From positions 24,948-88,947 of IMG/VR virus record IMGVR_UViG_3300037141_000236: DNA of 64,000 bases; one strand, 5' to 3'. Position 1 is the stretch's first letter, and the number at the start of each line of letters is the position of its first letter. The stretch comes from a virus. The position numbers and the translations under genes were made by a program. Shown piece after piece: positions 1-9,334 of the stretch. The notes below the pieces were generated by a model, which was not told the DNA's origin, searched no databases, and saw only the letters and a program-made list of their open reading frames with translations.

Positions 1-186
1 GGCGCACCATTTAAAATATCTTTAAAAAGTTCTTTTAAAACAATCGCAGGTGTTAAACTAGAGTCAAAATTACACAAGTTTTTTGAACAAAAACATAAAA
101 CAGGAGAATGGTTTGAGCTAGATCAATCCGATGTTGATAGTTTTGTTGATATTTGTGAAGCTTTTGAAAAGGCCTTGGCTGTATAA
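1..186 (+). CDS. T5orf172/GIY-YIG-like nuclease, 3' part (truncated by window edge)
   Basis: Frame 1 reads ...KLESKLHKFFEQKHKTGEWFELDQSDVDSFVDICEAFEKALAV*; the LE..LH..F....GEWF motif is typical of T5orf172; similar to 4337..4708. Confidence 0.75.
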   Translation, partial: GAPFKISLKSSFKTIAGVKLESKLHKFFEQKHKTGEWFELDQSDVDSFVDICEAFEKALAV

Positions 187-207
187 CGTAAAACTAATAT
201 TAATCAG

Positions 208-233
208 ACCGGAAGTAATCTTCCGGTTTTTTT
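208..233 (+). terminator. Rho-independent terminator
   Basis: ACCGGAAG-TAAT-CTTCCGGT hairpin followed by T-run. Confidence 0.8.
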
Positions 234-281
234 ATCATATTTAATTAAACAATCCGCGTGGATATCTAAAACCAGACCAAG

Positions 282-737
282 ATGACCAGAGTAATCAAAT
301 CCCTTCTTCTAATCGCGTTTATGGCTCTAATACCATTAAGTGTTAGCTCACATGAATCCAGAGATACAATAAAACCAAAGATAACGCAAATGATGGCTTT
401 GAACACTGAAGCCTCAAGTGCTTTTGAATTAGCATTGCAAGACGCCATTCTTAAAGGTGATATGAATCTGATGCATTCTTTTATTCTTCCCACCGTAGAT
501 TTCGTTATTAAAGCTAAAGGCGAAGTGAATACTGTTAAAGTTTCAGATAAAGATGCTTTGAATGGATTACAATTTGTATTAGCCCATCTACCAGCATGTA
601 CTTTAACAATCAGTTCAGCACAAGACGGTGGAAATATAATTTACATCTTAGAGTTTGATAAAAAGGATGGCAAAGCACCACTAGTGTGGGCGCTTTATAC
701 AAAGTACGGACAAATATTTAAAATATACGTAGGCTAA
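282..737 (+). CDS. Hypothetical protein with N-terminal signal peptide
   Basis: Basic N-terminus plus hydrophobic stretch LLLIAFMALIPLSVSS; TATTTA box upstream at 238. Confidence 0.6.
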   Translation: MTRVIKSLLLIAFMALIPLSVSSHESRDTIKPKITQMMALNTEASSAFELALQDAILKGDMNLMHSFILPTVDFVIKAKGEVNTVKVSDKDALNGLQFVLAHLPACTLTISSAQDGGNIIYILEFDKKDGKAPLVWALYTKYGQIFKIYVG

Positions 738-1057
738 TGGCAGCAGGAGATCCAGGAGGAGCACCTTTAAACCCAAATGATTTCACGAATGGAGATCATA
801 GTTGGAAGAATTGGGTAAGAGTAATGTGGGGTGCCCGTTACTTACAGTTATTTGCAATTGGGTTTGCTCTATTGATAGCTCAATTGTTTAATTTAGGTTG
901 GTGTTATGATGCGTATTCTAATGCAGCCGACGATGGAGTCTTAGCCATAATGTTAACTAGTGTTGGAATGTTTATTCCATTGACAATATGTTGTGTAATA
1001 GCTTATAAAGGTTTTTATCAATTTTGGCAAGATCAAACACATGGTATCTCTAGATAA
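737..1057 (+). CDS. Two-TM membrane protein
   Basis: Two hydrophobic segments; coupled to upstream gene (TAATG). Confidence 0.6.
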   Translation: MAAGDPGGAPLNPNDFTNGDHSWKNWVRVMWGARYLQLFAIGFALLIAQLFNLGWCYDAYSNAADDGVLAIMLTSVGMFIPLTICCVIAYKGFYQFWQDQTHGISR

Positions 1058-1559
1058 AGAAGACTTTAAGTCTTGGAAAATAAAGAAAGGACATCACTAT
1101 TGTTCGAACCTATTAAGGTTGAGTTTGTATTTAAAGCAAATCAGGCTCTCTTACGATGTTATATTCCAAGATTCTTGTGCGTATACTATGGCTTATCCGC
1201 ATAATTTGGATATTAATAAACTATTTGGCTTGTCATACGGGTATCACCATCATAATTCAATCAGATTTGGGTGGCATTCTAATAATGGCATTCAAATATT
1301 TGCATATTATTATGTAGACGGAATAAGAAAAGAAGAATGGATGTGTACTTTGAAAACAGGGGTACAATATAAGATGACAATTATTCGACAATCTGATAAG
1401 TATTCACTAGTTATAACAGGACCAGATAATCTTTTGAAGCAAAAGATAGTGAATCATGGATTGAATATGGTAAATTATGGTTATGAGCTTTTCCCTTATT
1501 TCGGTGGAACTCAAAAATGTCCGCAGGACATGATAATTTTAATGCATAAGAATGAATAA
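1041..1559 (+). CDS. Hypothetical beta-rich protein (possibly lectin/ConA-like)
   Basis: NKLFG, HHHNSIRFGW and LFPYFGG motifs; overlaps both neighbours. Confidence 0.5.
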   Translation: MVSLDKEDFKSWKIKKGHHYCSNLLRLSLYLKQIRLSYDVIFQDSCAYTMAYPHNLDINKLFGLSYGYHHHNSIRFGWHSNNGIQIFAYYYVDGIRKEEWMCTLKTGVQYKMTIIRQSDKYSLVITGPDNLLKQKIVNHGLNMVNYGYELFPYFGGTQKCPQDMIILMHKNE

Positions 1560-1989
1560 ACAAGAAAGAACACAACAGTTGATAGAAAGCATGCTTAAAG
1601 AAGTGAGGCTTCCGACTGGCTATTTTCTTGTCACCACGACATTTCAATTACCTTCCGCAGATAAAGAATGGGAAACCGTTTTCAACCAAGGAGAGACAAT
1701 CAAGTTAGATCCTTCTTCTAAGAGCATCCAAACGCTAAATAAGATAGATGGAAGATGGGCAGCTAAAGACATTTCTTTATTGGATCTTATGCAACCCCAA
1801 CAATATAGAATATTCCAACAAGGTGTAAGGAAAATGAATCCTGAAGAAGTACAAACTTTGACAGGAAAATCTGCTGCACCAGTAACTCCAGAGCTAGAAT
1901 TCACCACAACTGTAAGAGGTATGGCGAAACGTATAAGAGATTATAAGTTAGATCCCGGAACAAAAATCAAAATCACTGTTATTAAGTAA
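1552..1989 (+). CDS. Hypothetical protein, possible head-associated protein
   Basis: N-terminal LIE/LKE motifs; coupled operon. Confidence 0.5.
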   Translation: MNKQERTQQLIESMLKEVRLPTGYFLVTTTFQLPSADKEWETVFNQGETIKLDPSSKSIQTLNKIDGRWAAKDISLLDLMQPQQYRIFQQGVRKMNPEEVQTLTGKSAAPVTPELEFTTTVRGMAKRIRDYKLDPGTKIKITVIK

Positions 1990-3191
1990 TGAAAGTCGAT
2001 TTGAAGGTAGGAGATGTGATTCTTACAGGTAAGTGGAAGAATAAGAAAGTAACTGTAAAAGAGTTTGGCACCAATGAATTAGGCCAACCCACAGTAAATG
2101 GAAAGCCTATGCTTAATTTTCGCATAGCTCGTTTAATGCCTGAAAAAGAAGATTTAAAAGAATTATGGGTTCCGAATCTTGAATATCTTATAAAACAATA
2201 TGGGTTAACAGGCCCAGGTCCTTTATTAAAATTTAAAGATGATCCACATGAATACGTATTGAAAAACGTATCTCCTGATAGAAAAAGTGTATTTGTTACC
2301 TTAAACCATCAACAAACATATAGAAAGCCTTTAAATAAGTTAGAAAAAGTTAACAGAAAATATGTTGGTTGGTTTTCTATACCGCTTATTTATGAATCAT
2401 CTACATATTTAAAAGAAATGGGAGAAGAAGACAAATATGTTCCAAGACCTGACGAAAAAGCTTTAGAGCTTATGAGACAGAGACAGGCTGCAACACAAGG
2501 CGGGCCCATTGAACAAAAGTTCATGATGGAACTGGCAAGCAAACTTCGTTTTGCTTTCTCAGATTTTTTAGATACCATGAATCAATACGGAATAAGTAAG
2601 ACGAATCCTCAATTTGAAGCTGAATTCAAAGTAAAGTATCCAGCTTCTATGGATATGCAACTCAAAGGGTTATATTATAAATTCACACAAGGCGGATCAG
2701 ATCTATTAAAAGGAATGTCCTTTGAACAATTGATAGCCATTGTATTAAAAGAAGTACAAGCACACACTGCTAACGATTTTTATATTCATTTAAAAGATAT
2801 TGTAACTAATATCACAAAACAAGTTATAGGCACATTAAAAAAAGAATCAATGACTGAGGGTAAGGATCTAAAAGTTCAATTGTTAATTGAACAAATCATG
2901 GGAGAAGCTAAAGCAAAATTAAAACTTGCTCCGGCACCAATTCAAGAACAAACTTTAGAAGAATATAAAGATCCATATGCTCCTGATTCAAAGGATGAAA
3001 TGCGTATAAGCGATATCCTTACAAAAGCAAGAGGAAGTAAAGGGATGGCTATACAATTAGCACAGCGTATGGCGTTTGCAATTACTGATGTTGCAAAAGC
3101 TTATAGAAGATTTAGAGCAGCAGAAGATATGAATGCACATCAAATAGCTCACGTGTTTTATAAAAGATACAGAGATTTAGGAGGTAAATAA
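1989..3191 (+). CDS. Multi-module hypothetical protein, possible internal head protein
   Basis: 400 aa; KVGDVI N-terminal module; several L-x-E sites between modules. Confidence 0.5.
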   Translation: MKVDLKVGDVILTGKWKNKKVTVKEFGTNELGQPTVNGKPMLNFRIARLMPEKEDLKELWVPNLEYLIKQYGLTGPGPLLKFKDDPHEYVLKNVSPDRKSVFVTLNHQQTYRKPLNKLEKVNRKYVGWFSIPLIYESSTYLKEMGEEDKYVPRPDEKALELMRQRQAATQGGPIEQKFMMELASKLRFAFSDFLDTMNQYGISKTNPQFEAEFKVKYPASMDMQLKGLYYKFTQGGSDLLKGMSFEQLIAIVLKEVQAHTANDFYIHLKDIVTNITKQVIGTLKKESMTEGKDLKVQLLIEQIMGEAKAKLKLAPAPIQEQTLEEYKDPYAPDSKDEMRISDILTKARGSKGMAIQLAQRMAFAITDVAKAYRRFRAAEDMNAHQIAHVFYKRYRDLGGK

Positions 3192-4147
3192 TGGACAAAG
3201 ATAAACTAAACGAAGCTGCAGCTCCAGAAGTGGAAGCGCAGTTATCACAATTACAAGCAGCACATGACCTTCGTAAAGCCGAAATGGAAGACGATGAGTT
3301 GTGGTCTGCTATGGGTAGAGGCGCAAAGATGAGTTACATTGCAAAATTGAAAGCCCAAGAAGACAAGATTGAACGTCTTAAAAATCGTTTAGCTCGTTTG
3401 AAAATGGAGCCTGCAGTTGTAGAAGAAGAGGGTGGCAAGATGGAAGATTACATTGAAGGTCAAAAAGATCCTGAATGTGATATTGAATCAGAAGTCATTG
3501 CTTCAACAGAAACTCCAGGACAATCAGAAAAGGACATTGCTCAGAAGGCAGTACAACTTCGTAGGTCTATGGAAGGTATCATCAATAACATTGAGGATCT
3601 TGTTTTAAACAATGATAACCTAGAACCACATACTATTTCTGGAATTACAGAAATTTTAGCCAAATTTAAAGAAATCAAAGATGCATTGGAACATGCACCT
3701 GTTGTAGTAGAACCTGCAGTGATTACTATTACTGACGATATTGAGCCTGAAACAGCTCCAGAACCTCCACGTGAAGACGATCGTTATTTGTTGAAAGGCA
3801 AATATGATGAATTAAAGGAATTTGATAATGGAGTCGAAGTTGAATTCTCAGGGGATGCGATTGCCAAAGTTGTAAGAACTCGTTTCAAAGTAGAAGATGA
3901 AGAAAATGGAATGATGGTTATATCTGTTCCTAATGCTTACCAATCTTCTAAGCTATCAGAACCATCTTATAAGATCATTATATATTATGGAGATAACCGT
4001 TTGGGAGTCTATTCAGAATATAATGATGAAGATGGCAACCGAACAGCTGAGAAAGTTGAAAAGGAAATTCTAAGTCTATTGCACGATAAATCAACAAACG
4101 GTATGAGAACCACAATCGGAGATAACGGAGCATATATGCAAAACTAA
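3191..4147 (+). CDS. Acidic coiled-coil protein, possible internal head protein
   Basis: MDKDKLNEAAAP start; very Glu-rich; TAATG coupling. Confidence 0.5.
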   Translation: MDKDKLNEAAAPEVEAQLSQLQAAHDLRKAEMEDDELWSAMGRGAKMSYIAKLKAQEDKIERLKNRLARLKMEPAVVEEEGGKMEDYIEGQKDPECDIESEVIASTETPGQSEKDIAQKAVQLRRSMEGIINNIEDLVLNNDNLEPHTISGITEILAKFKEIKDALEHAPVVVEPAVITITDDIEPETAPEPPREDDRYLLKGKYDELKEFDNGVEVEFSGDAIAKVVRTRFKVEDEENGMMVISVPNAYQSSKLSEPSYKIIIYYGDNRLGVYSEYNDEDGNRTAEKVEKEILSLLHDKSTNGMRTTIGDNGAYMQN

Positions 4148-4151
4148 TAAC

Positions 4152-4340
4152 ATGACTATTTACTTAGTACAACATTATAAACCAGTAGATCATTATGGTG
4201 GAGAACCTGCTTTTAAAACCATAAACGAAAGTGATAATTTTAAAAAAGATTATTGTAAAGAAAAAGGTATTAAACTATTAGAAATTACATACAAAGATTA
4301 TAAGAATATCAAAGAAATATTAACCAATACTTTATTATGA
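4152..4340 (+). pseudogene. Remnant C-terminus of a Vsr/DUF559-like homing endonuclease
   Basis: QHYKPVDHYGGE..F....D..K..YC..KGIKLLEITY matches the end of this family; the upstream catalytic part is missing. Confidence 0.55.
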
Positions 4341-4708
4341 ACGTATATTTATTAAGAGCGGGTACGACTAATTTCTATAAAATAGGTGTTTCTAAAAATA
4401 CAGAAACACGGGTAAATCAGTTACAAACAGGGCATAACGAAACCCTTTTAATAGTTCACCAATTCAAAACAAAACACGATTATCAATTAGAAGGTTATTT
4501 ACATAGACGTTTTACTGATAAGAATGTACAATTAGAATGGTTTGAATTAGATAAGACAGATGTAGATGGATTCCTAACAGCTTGTGCTCAAGGAGAATCA
4601 AATTTTGACATCGTATTATCAGAAAACACATACGTACAAGACAAGAATGCTTCCAGAACACGAAAAAGAAATAGTTACAAAGGGACTGGTTTTACACAGG
4701 ACTACTGA
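4337..4708 (+). CDS. T5orf172 / GIY-YIG-like nuclease
   Basis: VYLL...YKIGVS....RV.QLQTG...LE..LH..F...EWF. Confidence 0.85.
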   Translation: MNVYLLRAGTTNFYKIGVSKNTETRVNQLQTGHNETLLIVHQFKTKHDYQLEGYLHRRFTDKNVQLEWFELDKTDVDGFLTACAQGESNFDIVLSENTYVQDKNASRTRKRNSYKGTGFTQDY

Positions 4709-5165
4709 AGGACTATACGCTTATCAGATTGAGAAGCAGGTTGGTAATGTAGTTCATTTAGATCACGCGAAGAATAACTCTTTCAAGATTATTCGTATTC
4801 GCTTGGCCAACCCACACATTCTAGCTCACACAAGCATACTACCTGCAACAGCACCTACAGAATTACCAATCAATTCAACAGATACTCCTTTGTTTGCAAA
4901 GACAAAGAATATGAAGACGTTAAGTGATTTATTATCTTTGTTATCTAAAGAAGAATATAAGCCTTTATTTATCCCAATTAAGAAGGTCCATAAGAACGTA
5001 AGTCATTTTGATGCAAGCTCAATGCAAGACGATGATCCATCACAACCATCCCCATCTGATTATGGAGTAGATGCAGGGAATGTTTATCAAGAGAATGCTC
5101 TACAGGTAATGTATCTGAAGAAAAGGTTAGAAGAGATTACAAATCGAAAAATAAGGTTAATATAA
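4647..5165 (+). CDS. Hypothetical protein
   Basis: Long ORF; ATG 4647 is the likely start; followed by a terminator. Confidence 0.5.
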   Translation: MLPEHEKEIVTKGLVLHRTTEGLYAYQIEKQVGNVVHLDHAKNNSFKIIRIRLANPHILAHTSILPATAPTELPINSTDTPLFAKTKNMKTLSDLLSLLSKEEYKPLFIPIKKVHKNVSHFDASSMQDDDPSQPSPSDYGVDAGNVYQENALQVMYLKKRLEEITNRKIRLI

Positions 5166-5188
5166 AAGGCTCCAATTGGAGCCTTTTT
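5164..5188. terminator. Bidirectional terminator
   Basis: Perfect palindrome AAAAGGCTCCAATTGGAGCCTTTT between convergent genes. Confidence 0.8.
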
Positions 5189-5207
5189 AGTTTGTATCTG
5201 TTTATCT

Positions 5208-5552
5208 TTAGTGGAAAATTTTATCTTTGAAAGCTATTATCAAACCTACAAGAATTTGAGCAATTACCCAAACAGTTGTAGAAACTGTCTTGAAATGTTG
5301 TAACGCTTTAACTTCATCTCTAAGGTCTTTCATATCGGTAGGAGATAATACTTCATCAATGTCTTTTTTCCATTGCTTTAGTTCTCCGACAGTAGTTTGT
5401 TGGTTCTTTATAACCGCAAGTTCTTCTTTAACGTCGGACAATTCCTTTTGTATCTTCTCGTAATTCAGGTTTAAACGCTCTAATTCTTTGAGAATGTGTT
5501 GACTCCACTCTTCCCATGTTAACCCAGTATCATTGCTTTTCATCTCTGCCAT
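5208..5552 (-). CDS. Coiled-coil protein with C-terminal TM helix (holin/XhlA-like architecture)
   Basis: Heptad-rich body plus TVWVIAQILVGLIIAF. Confidence 0.5.
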   Translation of the reverse strand: MAEMKSNDTGLTWEEWSQHILKELERLNLNYEKIQKELSDVKEELAVIKNQQTTVGELKQWKKDIDEVLSPTDMKDLRDEVKALQHFKTVSTTVWVIAQILVGLIIAFKDKIFH

Positions 5553-6079
5553 TATCCCTCTTTGTGAAACTGTGTGATATTCTTAAAGTCATTGAAATCT
5601 TGTACGATATGACCGCTCATCTTGATTAATCCATTAGATAATACTAATATGTTAATCATTTGTTGAGACTCAGGACTAAAATAACCGAAACGAATAGATC
5701 CATTTGGTGCTTCTTGCCCTTCTCCTATTTGTATTTGTAATTGGGTTGCCCAATTTTGTAAATTATACACTGCAATCTCTTGTTGTGTTTGCTTTACATC
5801 ATTTTTACCTTCTTCGTCAGCAATCTGATCGCCTTTAGGCATTGGTTCTTCGACTGGTGTTTCTTCTCCTGCCTCTTGAATCTTATCAACAACGTTGATG
5901 TTTGATTTCTGAGCGATTTTAGATATCTGGTCAGGGTTAGCTTTGGCTAGGTCAGCCATAGTTAATTTAATTGCCGGAGGAGCTAATTCATGTAAGGCGA
6001 CCAAGTCGGTCTCTATCCTACTAATAGCTTCGTCAATGAGACGTTGTATTCTTTCTTTTCTTCTATTCTTATAAGACAT
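5552..6079 (-). CDS. Hypothetical protein, possible head-associated protein
   Basis: LHE/IQE motifs; TATTTA box at 6104-6109 (-). Confidence 0.5.
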   Translation of the reverse strand: MSYKNRRKERIQRLIDEAISRIETDLVALHELAPPAIKLTMADLAKANPDQISKIAQKSNINVVDKIQEAGEETPVEEPMPKGDQIADEEGKNDVKQTQQEIAVYNLQNWATQLQIQIGEGQEAPNGSIRFGYFSPESQQMINILVLSNGLIKMSGHIVQDFNDFKNITQFHKEG

Positions 6080-6132
6080 TAGCCTGGTGACCAGTTATAA
6101 CATTAAATATGACCCTAAATCCAAAAAAGGGA

Positions 6133-6161
6133 GGTTCGTAAGAATAAAGCTGGTAAATTTA
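6133..6161 (+). promoter_or_regulatory. Putative early/middle promoter GGTT-N17-TAAATTTA
   Basis: Same spacing as the elements at 45934 and 51482; 25 nt before ATG 6187. Confidence 0.5.
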
Positions 6162-6186
6162 CTATACAAACCAAAAAACATATAAT

Positions 6187-6456
6187 ATGTCATCAGCAAA
6201 ACTGTCTCTCGACCAGAAACTCGAAAATAAGCTTAAAACGGGAGTTGTTTGTTTCACTTTTCGCAAGAAAGATGGAACCATCCGTTACGCCGCAGGAACA
6301 CAGGACCTTTCCATTGTACCTGTTGAAAAGCATCCAAAGAAAACCGGCAACCTGGGAACAGCGACCAACATTTCTTATTACGATTTTTGTAAGGCCAACT
6401 TCCGGTCTCTCAAACGTTCTGAAGTAATTCGGATTAATTCGACAGTTACGAAGTAA
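6187..6456 (+). CDS. DUF2693-like SH3 beta-barrel (WYL-related) protein
   Basis: V.FTFRKKDGTIR.A.GT...Y.D......RS motif. Confidence 0.75.
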   Translation: MSSAKLSLDQKLENKLKTGVVCFTFRKKDGTIRYAAGTQDLSIVPVEKHPKKTGNLGTATNISYYDFCKANFRSLKRSEVIRINSTVTK

Positions 6457-6498
6457 AGAAAATCCCGGAGTAATATCCTGGCTATCTGCCGCGTCCAG

Positions 6499-6526
6499 AC
6501 CCCATCCTCATAGATGGGGTTTTTTT
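6499..6526 (+). terminator. Rho-independent terminator
   Basis: ACCCCATC-CTCATA-GATGGGGT followed by T-run. Confidence 0.85.
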
Positions 6527-6595
6527 ATTATTATCGAGATAACTTGATATTGGTTAACCGATTTTATATTTTTAAGTGAATCCAAAAACTTAAAA

Positions 6596-7249
6596 ATGAA
6601 AATTGAAACTAAAAGTGACTTGATCGTTTGCAATGGAAACCTTCCATTAACAGATGCCGAGAAACAAAAAATGATTGAGGAAGCAGCCTACCATTATGGC
6701 CAATTCCTAACCTCCCTTAAATTTGATTGGGAGAATGATGTGAATGCAAGCGATACTCCAAGACGAGTAGCTAAGTCATTCGTAAATGATCTCATCGCAG
6801 GATGTTATGCCAACACTCCTAAAATCACTACATTTGCAAATACCGGTGAACAAGCTTATGACGGAATGGTATTTGAAGGTAACATAGATTTAAAATCTAT
6901 GTGTGCACACCATCATTTAAGTTTTATGGGAAAAGCACACATTGCTTATATCCCAGCGCCTAATAGTGAAATTGTAGGACTTTCAAAGTTAAATCGAATT
7001 GTGGAACATTTCGCCCGCAGACCACAGATCCAAGAAAATCTTACAATGCAAATTCATGATTTTATTAACAAGACTTGTAAAGGTAATTTAGGCGTTGCTG
7101 TAATGTTAGAAGCAAACCATTTATGTGCCTGCGTAAGAGGAGTTAAACATAATGCAACAATGGTAACATCCAAATTATCAGGTGTCTTCATGGACAATGG
7201 GAACTTGGCAAGAGGAGAATTTTATGAATTTGTAAAACGAATGAAATAA
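6596..7249 (+). CDS. folE: GTP cyclohydrolase I
   Basis: TPRRVAK, SMCAHHHL, GLSKLNR, RRPQIQE and HLCACVRGV motifs. Confidence 0.95.
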   Translation: MKIETKSDLIVCNGNLPLTDAEKQKMIEEAAYHYGQFLTSLKFDWENDVNASDTPRRVAKSFVNDLIAGCYANTPKITTFANTGEQAYDGMVFEGNIDLKSMCAHHHLSFMGKAHIAYIPAPNSEIVGLSKLNRIVEHFARRPQIQENLTMQIHDFINKTCKGNLGVAVMLEANHLCACVRGVKHNATMVTSKLSGVFMDNGNLARGEFYEFVKRMK

Positions 7250-7257
7250 GAAATACA

Positions 7258-7800
7258 ATGGCAACTAAAGACGAAGGAATATTAGATGTAGTCTCTACAG
7301 GAGACGTTCTAACAAAGAGATACGGGTTTGAACATAAAGAAGTACCACTCGCCAATTGGCCGGCTGCTACCCAAAAGTTCCTACTTGCTGATGAAGTTTC
7401 TGAGATTGGTAGATTTATTATTACCAAATTTAAGAAAGAGCTGTCAGGCATTAACATTGGCTATGTCTTCAAACAGAAGGCAGGAAAGAAAGGCGAAGGT
7501 AGAATTTTAGGCCAAGCGAAAGCAGAATCTGAACTACAAAGAACTCTTCACGGACTAGACGCATTGATCCTAATTGGATTCGATACCTGGTCTCAAATGA
7601 ATTGGGATGAGAAGCTAAGACTAGTACATCATGAATTATGTCATATTGGCTTCACTCCGGACGGAAGTGATGTAAGTACAATTGATCATGAAGTAGAAGA
7701 ATTTTCAGAAGTAATGCAACATTGGGGTCCCGGCACTGACGCCCAAGTAAATCTTATAAGTGCTTATCAATCATTTTCTAAACTAAACGGAGGAAAATAA
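7258..7800 (+). CDS. Putative phage metallopeptidase
   Basis: HHELCH zincin motif followed by HEVEEF...V...WG. Confidence 0.75.
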   Translation: MATKDEGILDVVSTGDVLTKRYGFEHKEVPLANWPAATQKFLLADEVSEIGRFIITKFKKELSGINIGYVFKQKAGKKGEGRILGQAKAESELQRTLHGLDALILIGFDTWSQMNWDEKLRLVHHELCHIGFTPDGSDVSTIDHEVEEFSEVMQHWGPGTDAQVNLISAYQSFSKLNGGK

Positions 7801-7801
7801 C

Positions 7802-8632
7802 ATGAGAGATTACATATCTTTTTCCACATACCGCTTATTTTCTTCTTGCGCCTTTAAATATCATTTACTTAAAGACCTTAACTACGCAGAAGGATCAAAT
7901 GAATTTCTTATTTTTGGGACAGCAATTCATGCTACCATTGAGGATATAGTAAACAAAAAACATAGTCATATTTTATATGAAGGACTTTTAAAAAAACATT
8001 TAGCCGCAGGAGGAGGAGAAGTATTTGCAAATTCGTATTTCGGCAAGAAAATGTTACCAGAAGGTGTAGCAATTCTAAAAGAGTTGGATATTCTTAATAG
8101 ATATAAAGGTTGGGAAATCGTGGGATCCGAAATAGAAATGTATGAACCTCTTTTCGAAGAGACTAATCAAATAATTTATTTTAAAGGAATTATTGACCTT
8201 GTTTTAAAACAAGGTGATAAATATATAATTATTGACTTTAAAACAGCTATGAAGCCTTGGGACATTGAAAAGAAGAAGGAAGATAAAGGATTCTTTGGGC
8301 AGCTGGCATTATACAAACACTTCTTCGCAGTAAAGAATGGAATTGATCCAAAGAACATCAGTACTAGATTTGTGGCTTTGGCAAGAGTTCCAATCAACAT
8401 ACAACAATACGAAATTAATATTAGCCAAGAATTCAGCGATGATATCCTTGCAGACATAAAACGTGTAGCTAAAGAAATAGGTACATCAACAGTGGGAATA
8501 GCACCCAAAGCAAAACATAGTGGAAGAGCAGATGCAAGTTATACTTGTAACTATTGTCCTTTCAAAGCTATGTGTACAAATCAAGTAAACCAGGTTGTTT
8601 TACCAAAAGAAGAAACCATTAAAAATGATTAG
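7802..8632 (+). CDS. PD-(D/E)XK Cas4/RecB-like exonuclease
   Basis: N-terminal Cys, FGTAIH, KGIIDL, IIDFKT, QLALY, C-terminal CNYCPF...C Fe-S motif. Confidence 0.88.
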   Translation: MRDYISFSTYRLFSSCAFKYHLLKDLNYAEGSNEFLIFGTAIHATIEDIVNKKHSHILYEGLLKKHLAAGGGEVFANSYFGKKMLPEGVAILKELDILNRYKGWEIVGSEIEMYEPLFEETNQIIYFKGIIDLVLKQGDKYIIIDFKTAMKPWDIEKKKEDKGFFGQLALYKHFFAVKNGIDPKNISTRFVALARVPINIQQYEINISQEFSDDILADIKRVAKEIGTSTVGIAPKAKHSGRADASYTCNYCPFKAMCTNQVNQVVLPKEETIKND

Positions 8633-9281
8633 ACCACGTGTCGGAATAGTGTTAGACTATAGTCTAAGAATTCCAGAATTCAAAGATATGTATTTGAAAT
8701 TAAAAGAACAGATACTGGTAGGCATGAGCGGCGCAGCCAATCTCCAACAAGAAGATTTAATAGATCAGAACAGTTATTGGAATAAAGCAGTCAAAGAGAA
8801 TCCAGCCATCATAGACTTCTATTCTAAACAAATTCCCCCCACAAGTAACTCCGGTAAAGACTTTGATATTACATTGAAGAAGTACTTTATGACTAATGAG
8901 CACAGACTTAAATTCTTAGAAGAATGGTCTTATGCTTTGTATGGTCAAGGGGCAATCAACAATAAGTCTGATGTGAATGTAATCAATACAGCACAATCTA
9001 AACTATGTGATATTGTGTTGATCGACAGATGTACTCATACAAGGAAGATACCAAACACATTCGCATTCTTATCTCGTGCCGGCTTATTTGTAAAGCAAGT
9101 GGTTTTTACTAATACAGAAGACGAGATAAATGAATTAAAGAAAGGATTGATCAGTTGTTATGACCCTTTTGAAGATCCAAGTATGATTATTGAAGTGGGA
9201 GGCAAATACAGCACACCATCAAAGAGTTTAATGGATTGGTTCATGAAAGTCGAAAAGCAGATAAAAGACAAAGTGAAGTAA
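8625..9281 (+). CDS. Hypothetical protein
   Basis: Long ORF overlapping the nuclease stop; ATG at 8625. Confidence 0.6.
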   Translation: MIRPRVGIVLDYSLRIPEFKDMYLKLKEQILVGMSGAANLQQEDLIDQNSYWNKAVKENPAIIDFYSKQIPPTSNSGKDFDITLKKYFMTNEHRLKFLEEWSYALYGQGAINNKSDVNVINTAQSKLCDIVLIDRCTHTRKIPNTFAFLSRAGLFVKQVVFTNTEDEINELKKGLISCYDPFEDPSMIIEVGGKYSTPSKSLMDWFMKVEKQIKDKVK

Positions 9282-9334
9282 TTCTTTGTTGGGAGCAAAA
9301 GATTTATTAGATTTAATGAAATAGAAATTATACA

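Noticed and set aside
7802-8632. Cas4-like gene as part of a CRISPR-Cas system
   Set aside because: Solo Cas4-like nucleases are common in phages; no array or other cas genes are present in the window.
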